DNA of 26,644 nt from a virus (Duplodnaviria; Caudoviricetes), in IMG/VR virus record IMGVR_UViG_3300005805_000398, positions 1 through 26,644 of that record. The stretch is one strand, 5' to 3'. Positions 1 to 9,069 of the stretch are shown here, in pieces. The notes beneath the pieces were generated by a model. The model was not told the origin of the DNA, did no database searches, and saw nothing but the letters and a program-made list of their open reading frames with translations. How positions within the stretch are numbered: position 1 is the stretch's first letter; every line of letters begins with the position of its first letter. The translations under genes and the position numbers were made by a program.

Positions 1-18
1 TTTTGTGGCGATTTTGTG

Positions 19-456
19 TTAATCCTCGCGTAAATATTCATCCAGAATAATCCCGATCTCCACCTCATCCTCCTTGGAAATGCCCAAAAATTTACGCACG
101 GGTAAACCCTCTAGTCCTAATTGATGCTTCCGCATGTAGTCCACATTAGTACCTACAACCACACGATCTTTGGTTGCCGCATAGTTTATGGATGCCCGAC
201 CTCGACCTGATGCTTGGAGAATTTTGTCGATATACCCCTTAGCTTTCTTTAGCCGCCTTGTGTAGGATGTATTAGCCTTCCAAGGATTTCCGTCAGGATC
301 AACCTCTTTCTCGAATCTCTGGTCTGTACTCAATAAAAGTTGCTGTCCGATCTCATTCATTACTGGAGTGAGGTCGGATGTTTTTTTGACCAACTTTCGG
401 AGTTGCTCTTGGATGGCCTTGTCGTCATAGGTAAGTGAAATGATTGGGTCAGCCAT
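19..456 (-). CDS. Phage virion morphogenesis protein (Mu gpG / P2 gpS-like, Phage_tail_S family)
   Basis: 145 aa with the family pattern DLTPVMNEIG...STDQRFEKEVDPDGNPWK...IL..SG...ASI...VVVGTNVDY...HQLG...LPVRKFLGIS.EDE.EI; lies downstream of a gpF-like gene as in Mu. Confidence 0.88.
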   Translation of the reverse strand: MADPIISLTYDDKAIQEQLRKLVKKTSDLTPVMNEIGQQLLLSTDQRFEKEVDPDGNPWKANTSYTRRLKKAKGYIDKILQASGRGRASINYAATKDRVVVGTNVDYMRKHQLGLEGLPVRKFLGISKEDEVEIGIILDEYLRED

Positions 457-633
457 TGCTTTTTGGTACGGGTTTGTTGGTGGCGATCGCGTAGATGAGA
501 TCGGCTATTTCTTTTTCGTATTTATAGCCGCTCAGCCCTAACAACTCAACCTTCTTGTCGAATTGCTCTGCGCTTGCGGACTCGGCGAAAGCGATCGCTA
601 CAAATTCTTTCTGTTTCGGGGTCATATTTTTGT

Positions 634-1509
634 TTACTCTTTTGCTTTTGATCTTGTTTTTATTCGCTCTGAATTTCTTCTGTTGCGAGATACCTCTTCT
701 TCTAGCTGGGACTTTTGCAAAACCGCCATTTTTCTTTCTGCCTCAAACCTAGCCGTATACCCTCTATCGTCTTCTGGCTTTTTCGCTAACTGATCTATTT
801 TTTTATTGTATATCTCAATATCTTTGTTGAGCAGCTCAATCTTTCGAGTCCTATTCTTTGACCCTAGTTTGCTCACCTCTACATAGGGTAGAGATTCTTT
901 ACCTACAAGGAACCTTCTGGGGGCTTTTACAGCCTCAGCCTTTGAGACGGGACTCAGTTTTCCCCTCTTTATGATCGAGTACATCGCACCTTTTTCTTCC
1001 GCCCCAAACCCCAGCGCTTCGTAGAATCGGCTGCGATATCCACCTTCTTCGTCTCTATTTTCGACGAAGCAGGACAAGACAGTGCCTTCTGGGAGTTTCT
1101 TGGAGAGATCTAAGGATTGTCTTCTCCACCAGAAAGCCGCTTTTTTCTTTGTTACGGGATCGACATCGCTTTGCATCGTAGTTTCACCGTTTGCTAGAAA
1201 CATGACAGGGAAATCTCTTTGGGGGGAACTGCGATCGCCGTCTACTAATCCGCCGATCTGTAGGGAGAACTGATGCCCGTTGATTTCAGTTGATTTCTCT
1301 TCGCTTATATCTACGACAGACTTCTTCTCTTTTGAAACTTTCGCCTTCATTGGCTCATCAGGTAAGTTCATGAACTGTCCCGCCTTGGGATGCCCCTTCG
1401 GATATCTCTTGATTTTCTGCTCATTAAAAAACCCCAGCAAGCCAAGTCGCCGCTTAAGCGCGTCGATTCTCTCCCATGCGTCCATCCTGCCTTGATCGTA
1501 GCTACTCAT
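634..1509 (-). CDS. Hypothetical head-associated protein with an RYPKGHPKAGQF motif and a possible GNAT-like domain
   Basis: 291-aa ORF with a 4-nt overlap on the gpF-like gene. The (HP)RxxxGQF-type motif is typical of phage head/internal proteins; RSRFYEALGF resembles the GNAT C-terminal motif; basic coiled-coil tail. Confidence 0.6.
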   Translation of the reverse strand: MSSYDQGRMDAWERIDALKRRLGLLGFFNEQKIKRYPKGHPKAGQFMNLPDEPMKAKVSKEKKSVVDISEEKSTEINGHQFSLQIGGLVDGDRSSPQRDFPVMFLANGETTMQSDVDPVTKKKAAFWWRRQSLDLSKKLPEGTVLSCFVENRDEEGGYRSRFYEALGFGAEEKGAMYSIIKRGKLSPVSKAEAVKAPRRFLVGKESLPYVEVSKLGSKNRTRKIELLNKDIEIYNKKIDQLAKKPEDDRGYTARFEAERKMAVLQKSQLEEEVSRNRRNSERIKTRSKAKE

Positions 1510-2216
1510 TTCTTCACCTTGATTTGCTTTTGAACCTGCGATCGCAAGTCTGGCGACAATCTCTTCAACCCCTGCTCCAATATCTGTGCCCTCGTCTTAG
1601 TGTCAGTACCACGCTTAAAGCTAGGACTATCAATCAAGGTACTCGCATCTGGCGGGTTGCTAAGAATCTCAATGCCGTTACGCTTGCAGTAGTCCTCGGT
1701 TACGGAGTATGCAGAACACCTGCACCCGAACGAAATAGGAAATCCGCCTAATTTTTTCCAGAAAGAGTGATCTGCGGGAATAGCTTTGTTATGCAAGGCT
1801 CGATGAGATTTTCTTTCATTTGGACTATCGCGGTGGCGGAATAACCACAACGGACGCTTAGCCAACATCTCAGGACTCCGCATCACCTTCTCCCTGCCCT
1901 GCCAATAAGACTTGTTGATATTCGTATCAAATATCAACTTAATCTTCTGACCGCTCGGCTGATATCCTGCGCGGCCAATGCGACGGTTAAAGCTACGGGT
2001 AAATTGCTCGAATGATGTGCCATCTTCAAGGGATTTGTCGATCAGCCATTTGGTTGCTTCAAGTAGGTCAGCCCGCATTAACCCAGATACCATAAAGGCG
2101 TGGTCGTGGATACGGGCATCTAACCCTTTGTAATCGGATATGGGGAGGGATAATCGATCGCGTAAAGCTGCGATCGCTTCAACAGGTTTCAGCTTCAGGT
2201 ACTCAGGTATTGCCAC
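1506..2216 (-). CDS. Phage head morphogenesis / minor capsid protein (Mu gpF, SPP1 gp7 family)
   Basis: AFMVSG, GTSFEQF, KLIFDTN...Y.QGR, R.SH.ALH......D..FW....P..FGCRC: the canonical Phage_Mu_F signature. Confidence 0.92.
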   Translation of the reverse strand: MAIPEYLKLKPVEAIAALRDRLSLPISDYKGLDARIHDHAFMVSGLMRADLLEATKWLIDKSLEDGTSFEQFTRSFNRRIGRAGYQPSGQKIKLIFDTNINKSYWQGREKVMRSPEMLAKRPLWLFRHRDSPNERKSHRALHNKAIPADHSFWKKLGGFPISFGCRCSAYSVTEDYCKRNGIEILSNPPDASTLIDSPSFKRGTDTKTRAQILEQGLKRLSPDLRSQVQKQIKVKK

Positions 2217-2998
2217 TAGCTCGCCCTCCGATATTTGTTACGGGTTTCCCAGTATGTTGCGAGGTAGATTTCTGAAGAGGCGATCGCGTCGTTATTCTGT
2301 AATCTATCGACGAAATCACGACCTTCTTGCTGCTTTTTCTCGATCTGTTCTCGCTGATAGGCGATCGCCTTTTGTAGTTTCGATATCTGTTTTGCGGGAT
2401 CTAAAGCCCCAAAATTAGCAGTGTCTATACCCATATTGTTCAAGGCAGGCTGAGACTTTTGTAGGGGGTTCTTGCCAGACTGGATTCGAGAAAGAGTGTC
2501 CTCCAATGTTTTGGCGGTAGCCTCCATTCTGCCGATATTAGCCTGCAAAGTCTTTAAGTCAATACTTGGCGCAGTAGGGCTTGCAGTACTGGCGACAGTA
2601 TTTACTGGTTTGTTGCGAGGCGATCGGGCAGCCCTCAAATTCTTGGGAGATTCAGGTGTTGGCAAGATAGGCGCGGGTTCAGTCTTGGGTTGATTGGCCA
2701 GTATGATTTCACCTCTTTTGCCTGCCTTAATGTATTCAGGGGTAAAAGCGAAAGCTCCGTGGTGAACGTCTGTAACGGTATTCTCCTCTCCATACTTTTT
2801 GCTAAACTCCCGAACAGCTTCTCCGTTTCTCCTGTCAAGAACAAGTTTATCTATTACGATTCCACCTTTATAAACCCCAGAAGCCGATGTGCTTCCTAGT
2901 ACGCGATCACCTATCTCTACGGATGCCATATTCTCTTTAGAGTTCCACCCCGAAGTTAAGTCTGTCATTTTGTATGTCTTAACCCCACCTATAACCAT
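2216..2998 (-). CDS. Hypothetical protein, candidate internal head protein
   Basis: 260-aa ORF coupled to both neighbours. SH3-like VEIGDRV start, Pro-rich linker, coiled coil, and a C-terminal motif shared with the upstream genes. Start codon uncertain (ATG at 2968 is possible). Confidence 0.7.
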   Translation of the reverse strand: MVIGGVKTYKMTDLTSGWNSKENMASVEIGDRVLGSTSASGVYKGGIVIDKLVLDRRNGEAVREFSKKYGEENTVTDVHHGAFAFTPEYIKAGKRGEIILANQPKTEPAPILPTPESPKNLRAARSPRNKPVNTVASTASPTAPSIDLKTLQANIGRMEATAKTLEDTLSRIQSGKNPLQKSQPALNNMGIDTANFGALDPAKQISKLQKAIAYQREQIEKKQQEGRDFVDRLQNNDAIASSEIYLATYWETRNKYRRAS

Positions 2999-5577
2999 AG
3001 GATTTTTACGGGATCTTTTTCTTCTTTGTTGGGCGGCACAGGAGTTTTTTGTCCCGTTGAAGAGGTCGCAGCAACATTAGCCCCAGAAGTCGCTTTTGAT
3101 TCTGGGGTGACAGGTGGGGTTGTTGGTGGTGGGGCGGGAGATTCTTTCTTGGGTGCTACTTTTGGGGTATCCTCCACGAGGTCTGGGATTCCAAGGCTTC
3201 TATATACCTCAAGGGTTCTAGCTTCGACAGCCTTGTTTTTGTTAGAAATTATCTGAGCCAGTTCACCTCTCTTGACCTTAGCAGAAGCCTTGTCTCTAGC
3301 TCTTGATATCTCATCTTCTTTTGCCCCAATTTCCAGTTGGTAGTCCTCCTCCAAGCGGGAAAGAGTAGTGTCAACTTTCAGCGCGTCCTGCGCTGTCTTT
3401 TGCTGGCGAAGCTCCTCAACTCGCTTGTTGAGCTTATCAGGGCTAACTTCCTCCTCTTCAAGTTGGGTTTTCAGGGTTTTTACGTCCGCCTCAAATTGCT
3501 TCTTCGGGGATATATAGGTTTCCCGATCTCGCGTAGGAACACCCGTTTCAGCCCTTGAAAGTCTTTTCTTCGTCTTTTCTCTCTCGGCTTCTAGGTTTGC
3601 TGTCGCCGTCGCCGCATCCAAATCGCTAATAGCCGACGTTGATGGGGCGGGAGTATCCTTTGGTACGAGTCCGAGCTTTTCCGCATCTTCCAAGCTGGCG
3701 GGTTTGTCAGCACCTAGTCCTCGCTGACTCTTTTTCTCCTTGTCCACGACAGGTGGCTTATCCTTCTTCACACGCTGCCCAAGCTCAACCTCTTGAATAC
3801 CCGCGATCGCCGCACGAAGATTAGCCGCGCCAGCTCTCTCCTCGTCACTAGTAGCCTTACGCTCTTTGTACTCAAGTGCATCGTTGAGATCCTTAACTCG
3901 GCGATCGCCCTTTAAGTCTGTCACACCCTTGAGTTTTTCTGCCTCCGCAACAAGATCGCTGAAAGGGATGGCAGAGACATCTCGAACATAGGTATTCTTA
4001 CCAACTTTCTTTGTCTGAATTCGCCCTTCATCAACACCTTCGGCAATTAATGTGGCGGGATCGTTGTCTGCGAGACGACCTTTTAATACCTTGTCATTCA
4101 GTAGGCTTGCCTGATTTACATAACCATCAGCATTAGGAGCACCTCGCCTAATAGCATTCGCCAATACACCCTGCGCCTGCTCTCTTACTGCCTTTGGGGC
4201 TTCTACTGTGGTTTTCTCACCAAGACTTGGAACGTTGTAGAAACTCCTGACCGCACGAACTTTCTCCGTATCTAGAACCTTCGCCCCATCCACGTCCACA
4301 TAAAGCCCCATCTCCTGCGCGACCTGCTTAGCCGTCTTCGTCTGAGATAGGGCTACAATCTTTTCTTGATCGGGCTTACTGACAGTTTTGACAGTGGCGG
4401 CGATGTTCTCCTTAAGCCATTCGGGGGCTTTGGGGTCTACAGGCTCGACCTCTGGCTTTGGTGGCTTAGCCGACTTCTCTGGTGGCTGCGATCGCGTAGC
4501 CTGTTCTTTAAGTTTCTCAGCGATCGCCTTTTGGATTTCCTTTGGCGATCGCGTAAACCTCATTTCCCCTACACTCTCCGTTACCCCATCCCTAGTTATA
4601 GAGTAAGGATTAGCAGATGCCGTATTAAGTTCAGCTCCTTCCTTGCCCCTAGCCTTGCTGCGAGCTTTTCTAAACTCAATCGAGTCTTCTAGTCCGTACT
4701 CTTTGAGCTTGTCATGAGTTTTTTGGAGATCTGCCGAAGTTTTGGCACGACTAGCCTTCGTAGGCTCTTTTTTTTCTGCCGAATACTGGACATCCGAGAG
4801 GCGAACAAAGTTCTCGTCACCTTCGGGCGCATACAGGGAAGCTTTTTCTCGCCCCTGAGCTAAACCACCTTCTTTTGAATATTTTATAGCTAAGGCATTT
4901 TCGTAGGCGATCGCGCTTGAGGAGATCGGGGATGAGGTCATCTCCTTTATTGCTGCGATATCATACCCAGCCGCATCCGCGCCTTCTTTTTTCTGAACTT
5001 CTTCAGGGGTTTTAGGAGCCTCAGTCTTCGCCGACTCTTCAGGTTTGATCGTCTCCTCGACCTTTTGGGACTCTGTTTTTTTACTCAGTCCAATAACTGT
5101 CGCACCTACGGATGACGCAGCAACTCCCGCCACACCAATAGTGGTCGCATTGAAATGGGTCTTGGCGGGATCTGGCTTTTGCCTAACAGGTTCCTGATAA
5201 GGCTCGCTCGATCGCCCAGCATTTACCACCGCACCAGTTAGCGCCAATCCACCAACAGCCAATCCTGCCCCGATCGCTGCCTTACTCAAAAAGCCCATCT
5301 CAGATCGTGGTCTAGACTGTTCCTGCGATCGCGCCAAAGCTCGTTCTAGCTTAGAAGGGGGTAACGCATTTACACCCTGTCCTTGTGGAGCTTTTCGATA
5401 ATAAAAGCCACCTTTAACACGTCTATCCTGAACACAGACATATCCTGCCCTTGGAGCGCAAGCGTCGTAGCGAAGCTTAACCTCAAGAGCCGCATCAATA
5501 TACTCTTGCGGCATGACATCAAGAGTAATTTCGTCTAGGTATAGACCAGCAAGGTAGTTCTTATCGATTTCGGGCAT
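2989..5577 (-). CDS. Large Lys/Glu/Ala-rich protein, candidate ejection/internal virion protein
   Basis: 862-aa open frame; two Gly/Ala-rich hydrophobic segments (AAIGAGLAVGGLALTGAVV; IGVAGVAASSVGATVIGL), long charged helical regions, located in the head module. Confidence 0.7.
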   Translation of the reverse strand: MPEIDKNYLAGLYLDEITLDVMPQEYIDAALEVKLRYDACAPRAGYVCVQDRRVKGGFYYRKAPQGQGVNALPPSKLERALARSQEQSRPRSEMGFLSKAAIGAGLAVGGLALTGAVVNAGRSSEPYQEPVRQKPDPAKTHFNATTIGVAGVAASSVGATVIGLSKKTESQKVEETIKPEESAKTEAPKTPEEVQKKEGADAAGYDIAAIKEMTSSPISSSAIAYENALAIKYSKEGGLAQGREKASLYAPEGDENFVRLSDVQYSAEKKEPTKASRAKTSADLQKTHDKLKEYGLEDSIEFRKARSKARGKEGAELNTASANPYSITRDGVTESVGEMRFTRSPKEIQKAIAEKLKEQATRSQPPEKSAKPPKPEVEPVDPKAPEWLKENIAATVKTVSKPDQEKIVALSQTKTAKQVAQEMGLYVDVDGAKVLDTEKVRAVRSFYNVPSLGEKTTVEAPKAVREQAQGVLANAIRRGAPNADGYVNQASLLNDKVLKGRLADNDPATLIAEGVDEGRIQTKKVGKNTYVRDVSAIPFSDLVAEAEKLKGVTDLKGDRRVKDLNDALEYKERKATSDEERAGAANLRAAIAGIQEVELGQRVKKDKPPVVDKEKKSQRGLGADKPASLEDAEKLGLVPKDTPAPSTSAISDLDAATATANLEAEREKTKKRLSRAETGVPTRDRETYISPKKQFEADVKTLKTQLEEEEVSPDKLNKRVEELRQQKTAQDALKVDTTLSRLEEDYQLEIGAKEDEISRARDKASAKVKRGELAQIISNKNKAVEARTLEVYRSLGIPDLVEDTPKVAPKKESPAPPPTTPPVTPESKATSGANVAATSSTGQKTPVPPNKEEKDPVKILWL

Positions 5578-6133
5578 AATGTCTTTTTATTTCTAGGTAT
5601 GCGGCTTGATATTCGAGGGGCTTAGTTGAGTCAACCCGTTTAGATTTCGCGAGCGGCTTTTTATAGTTCGGAGTATCTTGCCCACCACAGGCACATTGCG
5701 CCTTGGTCAAGCCCTTCTTCTTGCAGTCCGAACATCCACACTTCTCATTCATGCCCATAGAATCCACCTTGTATTTATTGCTGCCGTTGGCAGGAAGGCT
5801 TTTCGACCACAGATCTTTCCTTGCCCAATGATTTGGGCTAAACACGTCATTCGCCGTGGATTGCCCTGATTTGTTTTTAATTCCCGCCGATCGCGCTAAG
5901 TAGCTTTTCTTGGCTTCGGCACTGTAGTTGTTCTGATATCCAGTTGCGCCATAGTGGACAACCTTGACGCGATCACCTTTCTTCACCAGTACGGCTCGCT
6001 TCTTGCCTGGTCGCCATGACTTAACTGGCTTGTTAAAACCAGGAAAGGTATGTCCAGCATAATTAATGCCGTCACCTTCCTTCTTGAGACAGCGCTTACC
6101 TGCCGAAATATATCCTTTGCCACACTGAGTCAT
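5561..6133 (-). CDS. Basic protein with a DUF5754-like domain and Cys-rich motifs
   Basis: KPVKSWRPGKKRAVLV...VHYGATGY..N...KKSYLARS...D.FSPNHWARK.LW; N-terminal CGKGYISAGKRC; CGCSDC...CACG. Confidence 0.65.
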   Translation of the reverse strand: MTQCGKGYISAGKRCLKKEGDGINYAGHTFPGFNKPVKSWRPGKKRAVLVKKGDRVKVVHYGATGYQNNYSAEAKKSYLARSAGIKNKSGQSTANDVFSPNHWARKDLWSKSLPANGSNKYKVDSMGMNEKCGCSDCKKKGLTKAQCACGGQDTPNYKKPLAKSKRVDSTKPLEYQAAYLEIKRHYARNR

Positions 6134-6243
6134 GATTCAGATCTGAATACGTTGCCCGATAATAAGCGATCGCTAAATTAACTGCATTCAAAATTCCCGA
6201 AGACGCGATCGCTACAGTTGCGGTATTTAGTAGTGCGACCATT

Positions 6244-6900
6244 ATGGCAAGTTTCGCAACAGCATCAGATGCGTTGACAGCAGCATTAGCTGTTGTGGAT
6301 GCTCGGCTAACGAATATAGATGTTAACGAAAAGCTTGAACTTTATCTGGAACTGATAAATCGTCGAGCCGCAATTCAACAGGCGATCGCCGCTAGCGGAG
6401 GTGGTGGCACTGTTATTCAAAAGTCCAACGCCTTTCAAAGTTCCGCATCGCTCACTCGTGGTAACGCTATTACCACTTCTTATTTGGCGAACGATGTGAT
6501 ATTTGGAGCTTTTGAACTTCAAAACATTGGTAATAATGCTGGCTCCATCTTTCTTACGGAGATACACTTCGTAATGAACACCACAGCTCTTCCTAGCGGC
6601 ATCGGAAATCTGCGAGCTTTTCTTTACAACGTTACGCCGCCAAGCGCTTACCTTGATAACAATGCCTTCTCTGTTCCGTCAGGCGATCGCGCTTCAATTC
6701 TTACCCCTCAAGGCATTTCGTTGGGTACTCCAGCCCTCGCAAACGGAGGTGGCTCGCTAGTCCTTTCTCGCATGAACATAAACCAGCAATTCAAACTTTT
6801 AGGTACGTCTTTGTTTGGCTATTTGGTTACGGAGGGCGCATGGGTCCCTACAGCTAATCCAGAAACAGCAACGATTAGAGTAATGGCGATCGAGGCTTAA
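6244..6900 (+). CDS. Hypothetical virion structural/decoration protein
   Basis: 218 aa; short N-terminal helical segment, GGGG linker, beta-rich C-terminal domain; first gene of the plus-strand cassette. Confidence 0.65.
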   Translation: MASFATASDALTAALAVVDARLTNIDVNEKLELYLELINRRAAIQQAIAASGGGGTVIQKSNAFQSSASLTRGNAITTSYLANDVIFGAFELQNIGNNAGSIFLTEIHFVMNTTALPSGIGNLRAFLYNVTPPSAYLDNNAFSVPSGDRASILTPQGISLGTPALANGGGSLVLSRMNINQQFKLLGTSLFGYLVTEGAWVPTANPETATIRVMAIEA

Positions 6901-7689
6901 ATGAAAAGGAGTACTCAACAGATCATTCTTTCGGGCGCTTTAGATCCTGATACCCAAGCATATATCAATGCTGTTGAATTGACTGATGGGCAACCATTAG
7001 AGCGCAATGTTCGTATCGGCGTTAATGAGTTTATTGTTGGCTGTAAGCAAGATGGAAATTGGAATGCGATCGCCTCTAGCTGTATCCTTGCAGGAGCGCG
7101 AACTTTAGCAGGGGCATTGATTCCTCTTAAAGGTGTTGCGCCAAGCAATGTTAATTTTGTTGCCAGTGACTATAATCGCAAGACAGGTTTACTAGGCGAT
7201 GGTAGTACCAAATACCTAAATACTAATAGAAATGACAATGCTGATCCTTTAAATGATTGTCACATATCTGCTTATGTAAGCCAGCCTAGCTCTCAGTCAG
7301 CGGGAGTTTATAGTTATATTGGTGCGTCGAAAGACGTTAGTTTTTATTCTGGCAGAATTATTCATCTAGATGTCGGAGGGGGTATAAACGTTTTTATGCG
7401 ATATGGTGAGAATCCTGCTATAGGAGCAAACACAGGTGGATTTATCGGAGGCTCTAGAAATAATGGTGTTGATTTTGTAGGGCGAATTGCAAGGGCAAGC
7501 AGTACAATTACGCGAAGTTCGGACACTGCTGTAGCCATTCCTATCACTGTATTTGCTTTGAGTTATGGAGCCTCAATAATTAGATATAGTTCGCCACGTA
7601 TTGTTTTTTACTCTATTGGGTCTTCTATTGATTTACTTAAGCTTGAATTTCGCGTCAACAATTTAGTCTCTGCATTAGGTGCGGTATGA
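6901..7689 (+). CDS. Phage structural protein (DPDxQAYIxAVExxDGQxLE family), possible lectin-like fold
   Basis: DPDTQAYINAVELTDGQPLE...GCKQDGNWNAIASSCILAGARTLAGALIPLKG.AP.N.NFV..DYNRKTGL.GDGSTKYLN; pattern recalled from freshwater phage proteins; abuts both neighbours. Confidence 0.65.
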   Translation: MKRSTQQIILSGALDPDTQAYINAVELTDGQPLERNVRIGVNEFIVGCKQDGNWNAIASSCILAGARTLAGALIPLKGVAPSNVNFVASDYNRKTGLLGDGSTKYLNTNRNDNADPLNDCHISAYVSQPSSQSAGVYSYIGASKDVSFYSGRIIHLDVGGGINVFMRYGENPAIGANTGGFIGGSRNNGVDFVGRIARASSTITRSSDTAVAIPITVFALSYGASIIRYSSPRIVFYSIGSSIDLLKLEFRVNNLVSALGAV

Positions 7690-8120
7690 ACAAACAGCAA
7701 TTTATTCAATCAATAAAAACAGCTAATCCTGAATGGAATGCTCAGCAAATCGTGAGCTACGCAAATACACCTCGAACAATTCCCAACCCTGTGAATCGCC
7801 CAACAGTGCCGAAACAGGTTAATTTTACTGCGGTCTCCTCTCAAATCGTGGCAGCCGATCGCGTCAAAATTCAAAATCAACTAAAAGGTACTTACGAATC
7901 GCTTCTTACTAATATTAATAAAGGGCAAGTGCAAGATGTGGGCTTGGATGTTGAGAACTTAATCGGGAGTGGACTACTAAGCGCTGAAACGATTACTATT
8001 CTGCAATCAGCGATCGCCGAAGTAATCGCGGGAGAACCCGATCCTAATTGGCAACCTACAGTGTATCAACCTCCCTATGCAGATCACGGGTTAACGCCAG
8101 TGCTACTTGATGAAGTTTGA
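7686..8120 (+). CDS. Hypothetical protein
   Basis: 144-aa ORF with an ATGA overlap on the upstream gene. Confidence 0.75.
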   Translation: MNKQQFIQSIKTANPEWNAQQIVSYANTPRTIPNPVNRPTVPKQVNFTAVSSQIVAADRVKIQNQLKGTYESLLTNINKGQVQDVGLDVENLIGSGLLSAETITILQSAIAEVIAGEPDPNWQPTVYQPPYADHGLTPVLLDEV

Positions 8121-8158
8121 GTGGCGATCGCTAATACGGGTAATTCGTTTTTTGCTTT

Positions 8159-8192
8159 GGATGGGTTTGATAGTTTAAGCCCATCCTTTTTT
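8159..8192 (+). terminator. Intrinsic terminator-like hairpin
   Basis: GGATGGGTTTGA-TAGT-TTAAGCCCATCC followed by TTTTTT. Confidence 0.6.
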
Positions 8193-8202
8193 ATTGAGCC
8201 AA

Positions 8203-9069
8203 ATGGCGACGAACACTTTTAGTTTTCGGCAGGGCGATAGTTATACGATTGGCATTAGACTTGATGCCAGTTATGACATCTTAGGCTTGCAAGAAATTAA
8301 GGTTTCCTTGTTTGGTAATACGTTTGCGCCTAACACTACCGTAGACCCCAGGGTATTCAAGATTGAGATCTCTTCCGATGAGTCGGCAGCGTTAAGTTCT
8401 AGTTACTACCCTCTTGAATTACTTCTTGATGACGTTAATTTTGGGGTTAAGAAATTTGTTCTAGCGATCGCTTACGCCACCCCTTCAGCAACAGCTAGTA
8501 ATGGCTCGATAAATACTGGCTACGACATAATCCTAGACGTAAAGATCTCCGATACCCCAATCGAGATCACTTCCACTGTAATTACTCTTGTTAAGGGGGA
8601 AAAGGGAGATAAGGGGGATAAAGGCGATCAGGGGGCGGATGGAGAGGTCTCGGATGGAGACAAAGGTGATGTGATTGTCTCTGGTAGTGGCAGCAATTGG
8701 GCAATCAACCCATCCGCCAAGAATCAAGCTGTAACTCAATCATATCTAGCGGGTGCTTCGCTTAGCGCTCTTAGATTGGTAAAATTAAACGCCTCAAATC
8801 AGCTTGTATATGCTGATAGTTCTACCGATGCGACAGTATTAGGCTTAACCTTTCAGGCTGTTTCTAGTGGTGTTGCACCTATCACTGTCTTAAGTGGATT
8901 GGTAACAGATTCTAGCTGGAGTTGGGTAAGAGGATCGCCGCTATATCTCGGTTCTAATGGTCAACTTTCTGCTTCCATCCCCTTATCTGGCTTTATTGTT
9001 CCAGTCGGGAATGCTGAAGCGCCAACAATTGTAAACATTAATATTATGCAAGGAGTGCAAATAAGCTAA
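8203..9069 (+). CDS. Structural protein with a short collagen-like segment and a C-terminal capsid-cement (DUF2190-like) domain
   Basis: ATG at 8203; N-terminal FRQGDSY.I (BppU-like start); KGEKGDKGDKGDQGADG; C-terminal AGASLSALRLV...YAD...GLT..A...G.V.D.SWSW..G.PLYLG.NGQL. Confidence 0.65.
   Translation: MATNTFSFRQGDSYTIGIRLDASYDILGLQEIKVSLFGNTFAPNTTVDPRVFKIEISSDESAALSSSYYPLELLLDDVNFGVKKFVLAIAYATPSATASNGSINTGYDIILDVKISDTPIEITSTVITLVKGEKGDKGDKGDQGADGEVSDGDKGDVIVSGSGSNWAINPSAKNQAVTQSYLAGASLSALRLVKLNASNQLVYADSSTDATVLGLTFQAVSSGVAPITVLSGLVTDSSWSWVRGSPLYLGSNGQLSASIPLSGFIVPVGNAEAPTIVNINIMQGVQIS

Noticed and set aside
1-2216. Transposable Mu-like prophage
   Set aside because: Only gpF/gpG-like genes are Mu-type; the portal is DUF1073 type, and no transposase or Mu ends are visible in this window.
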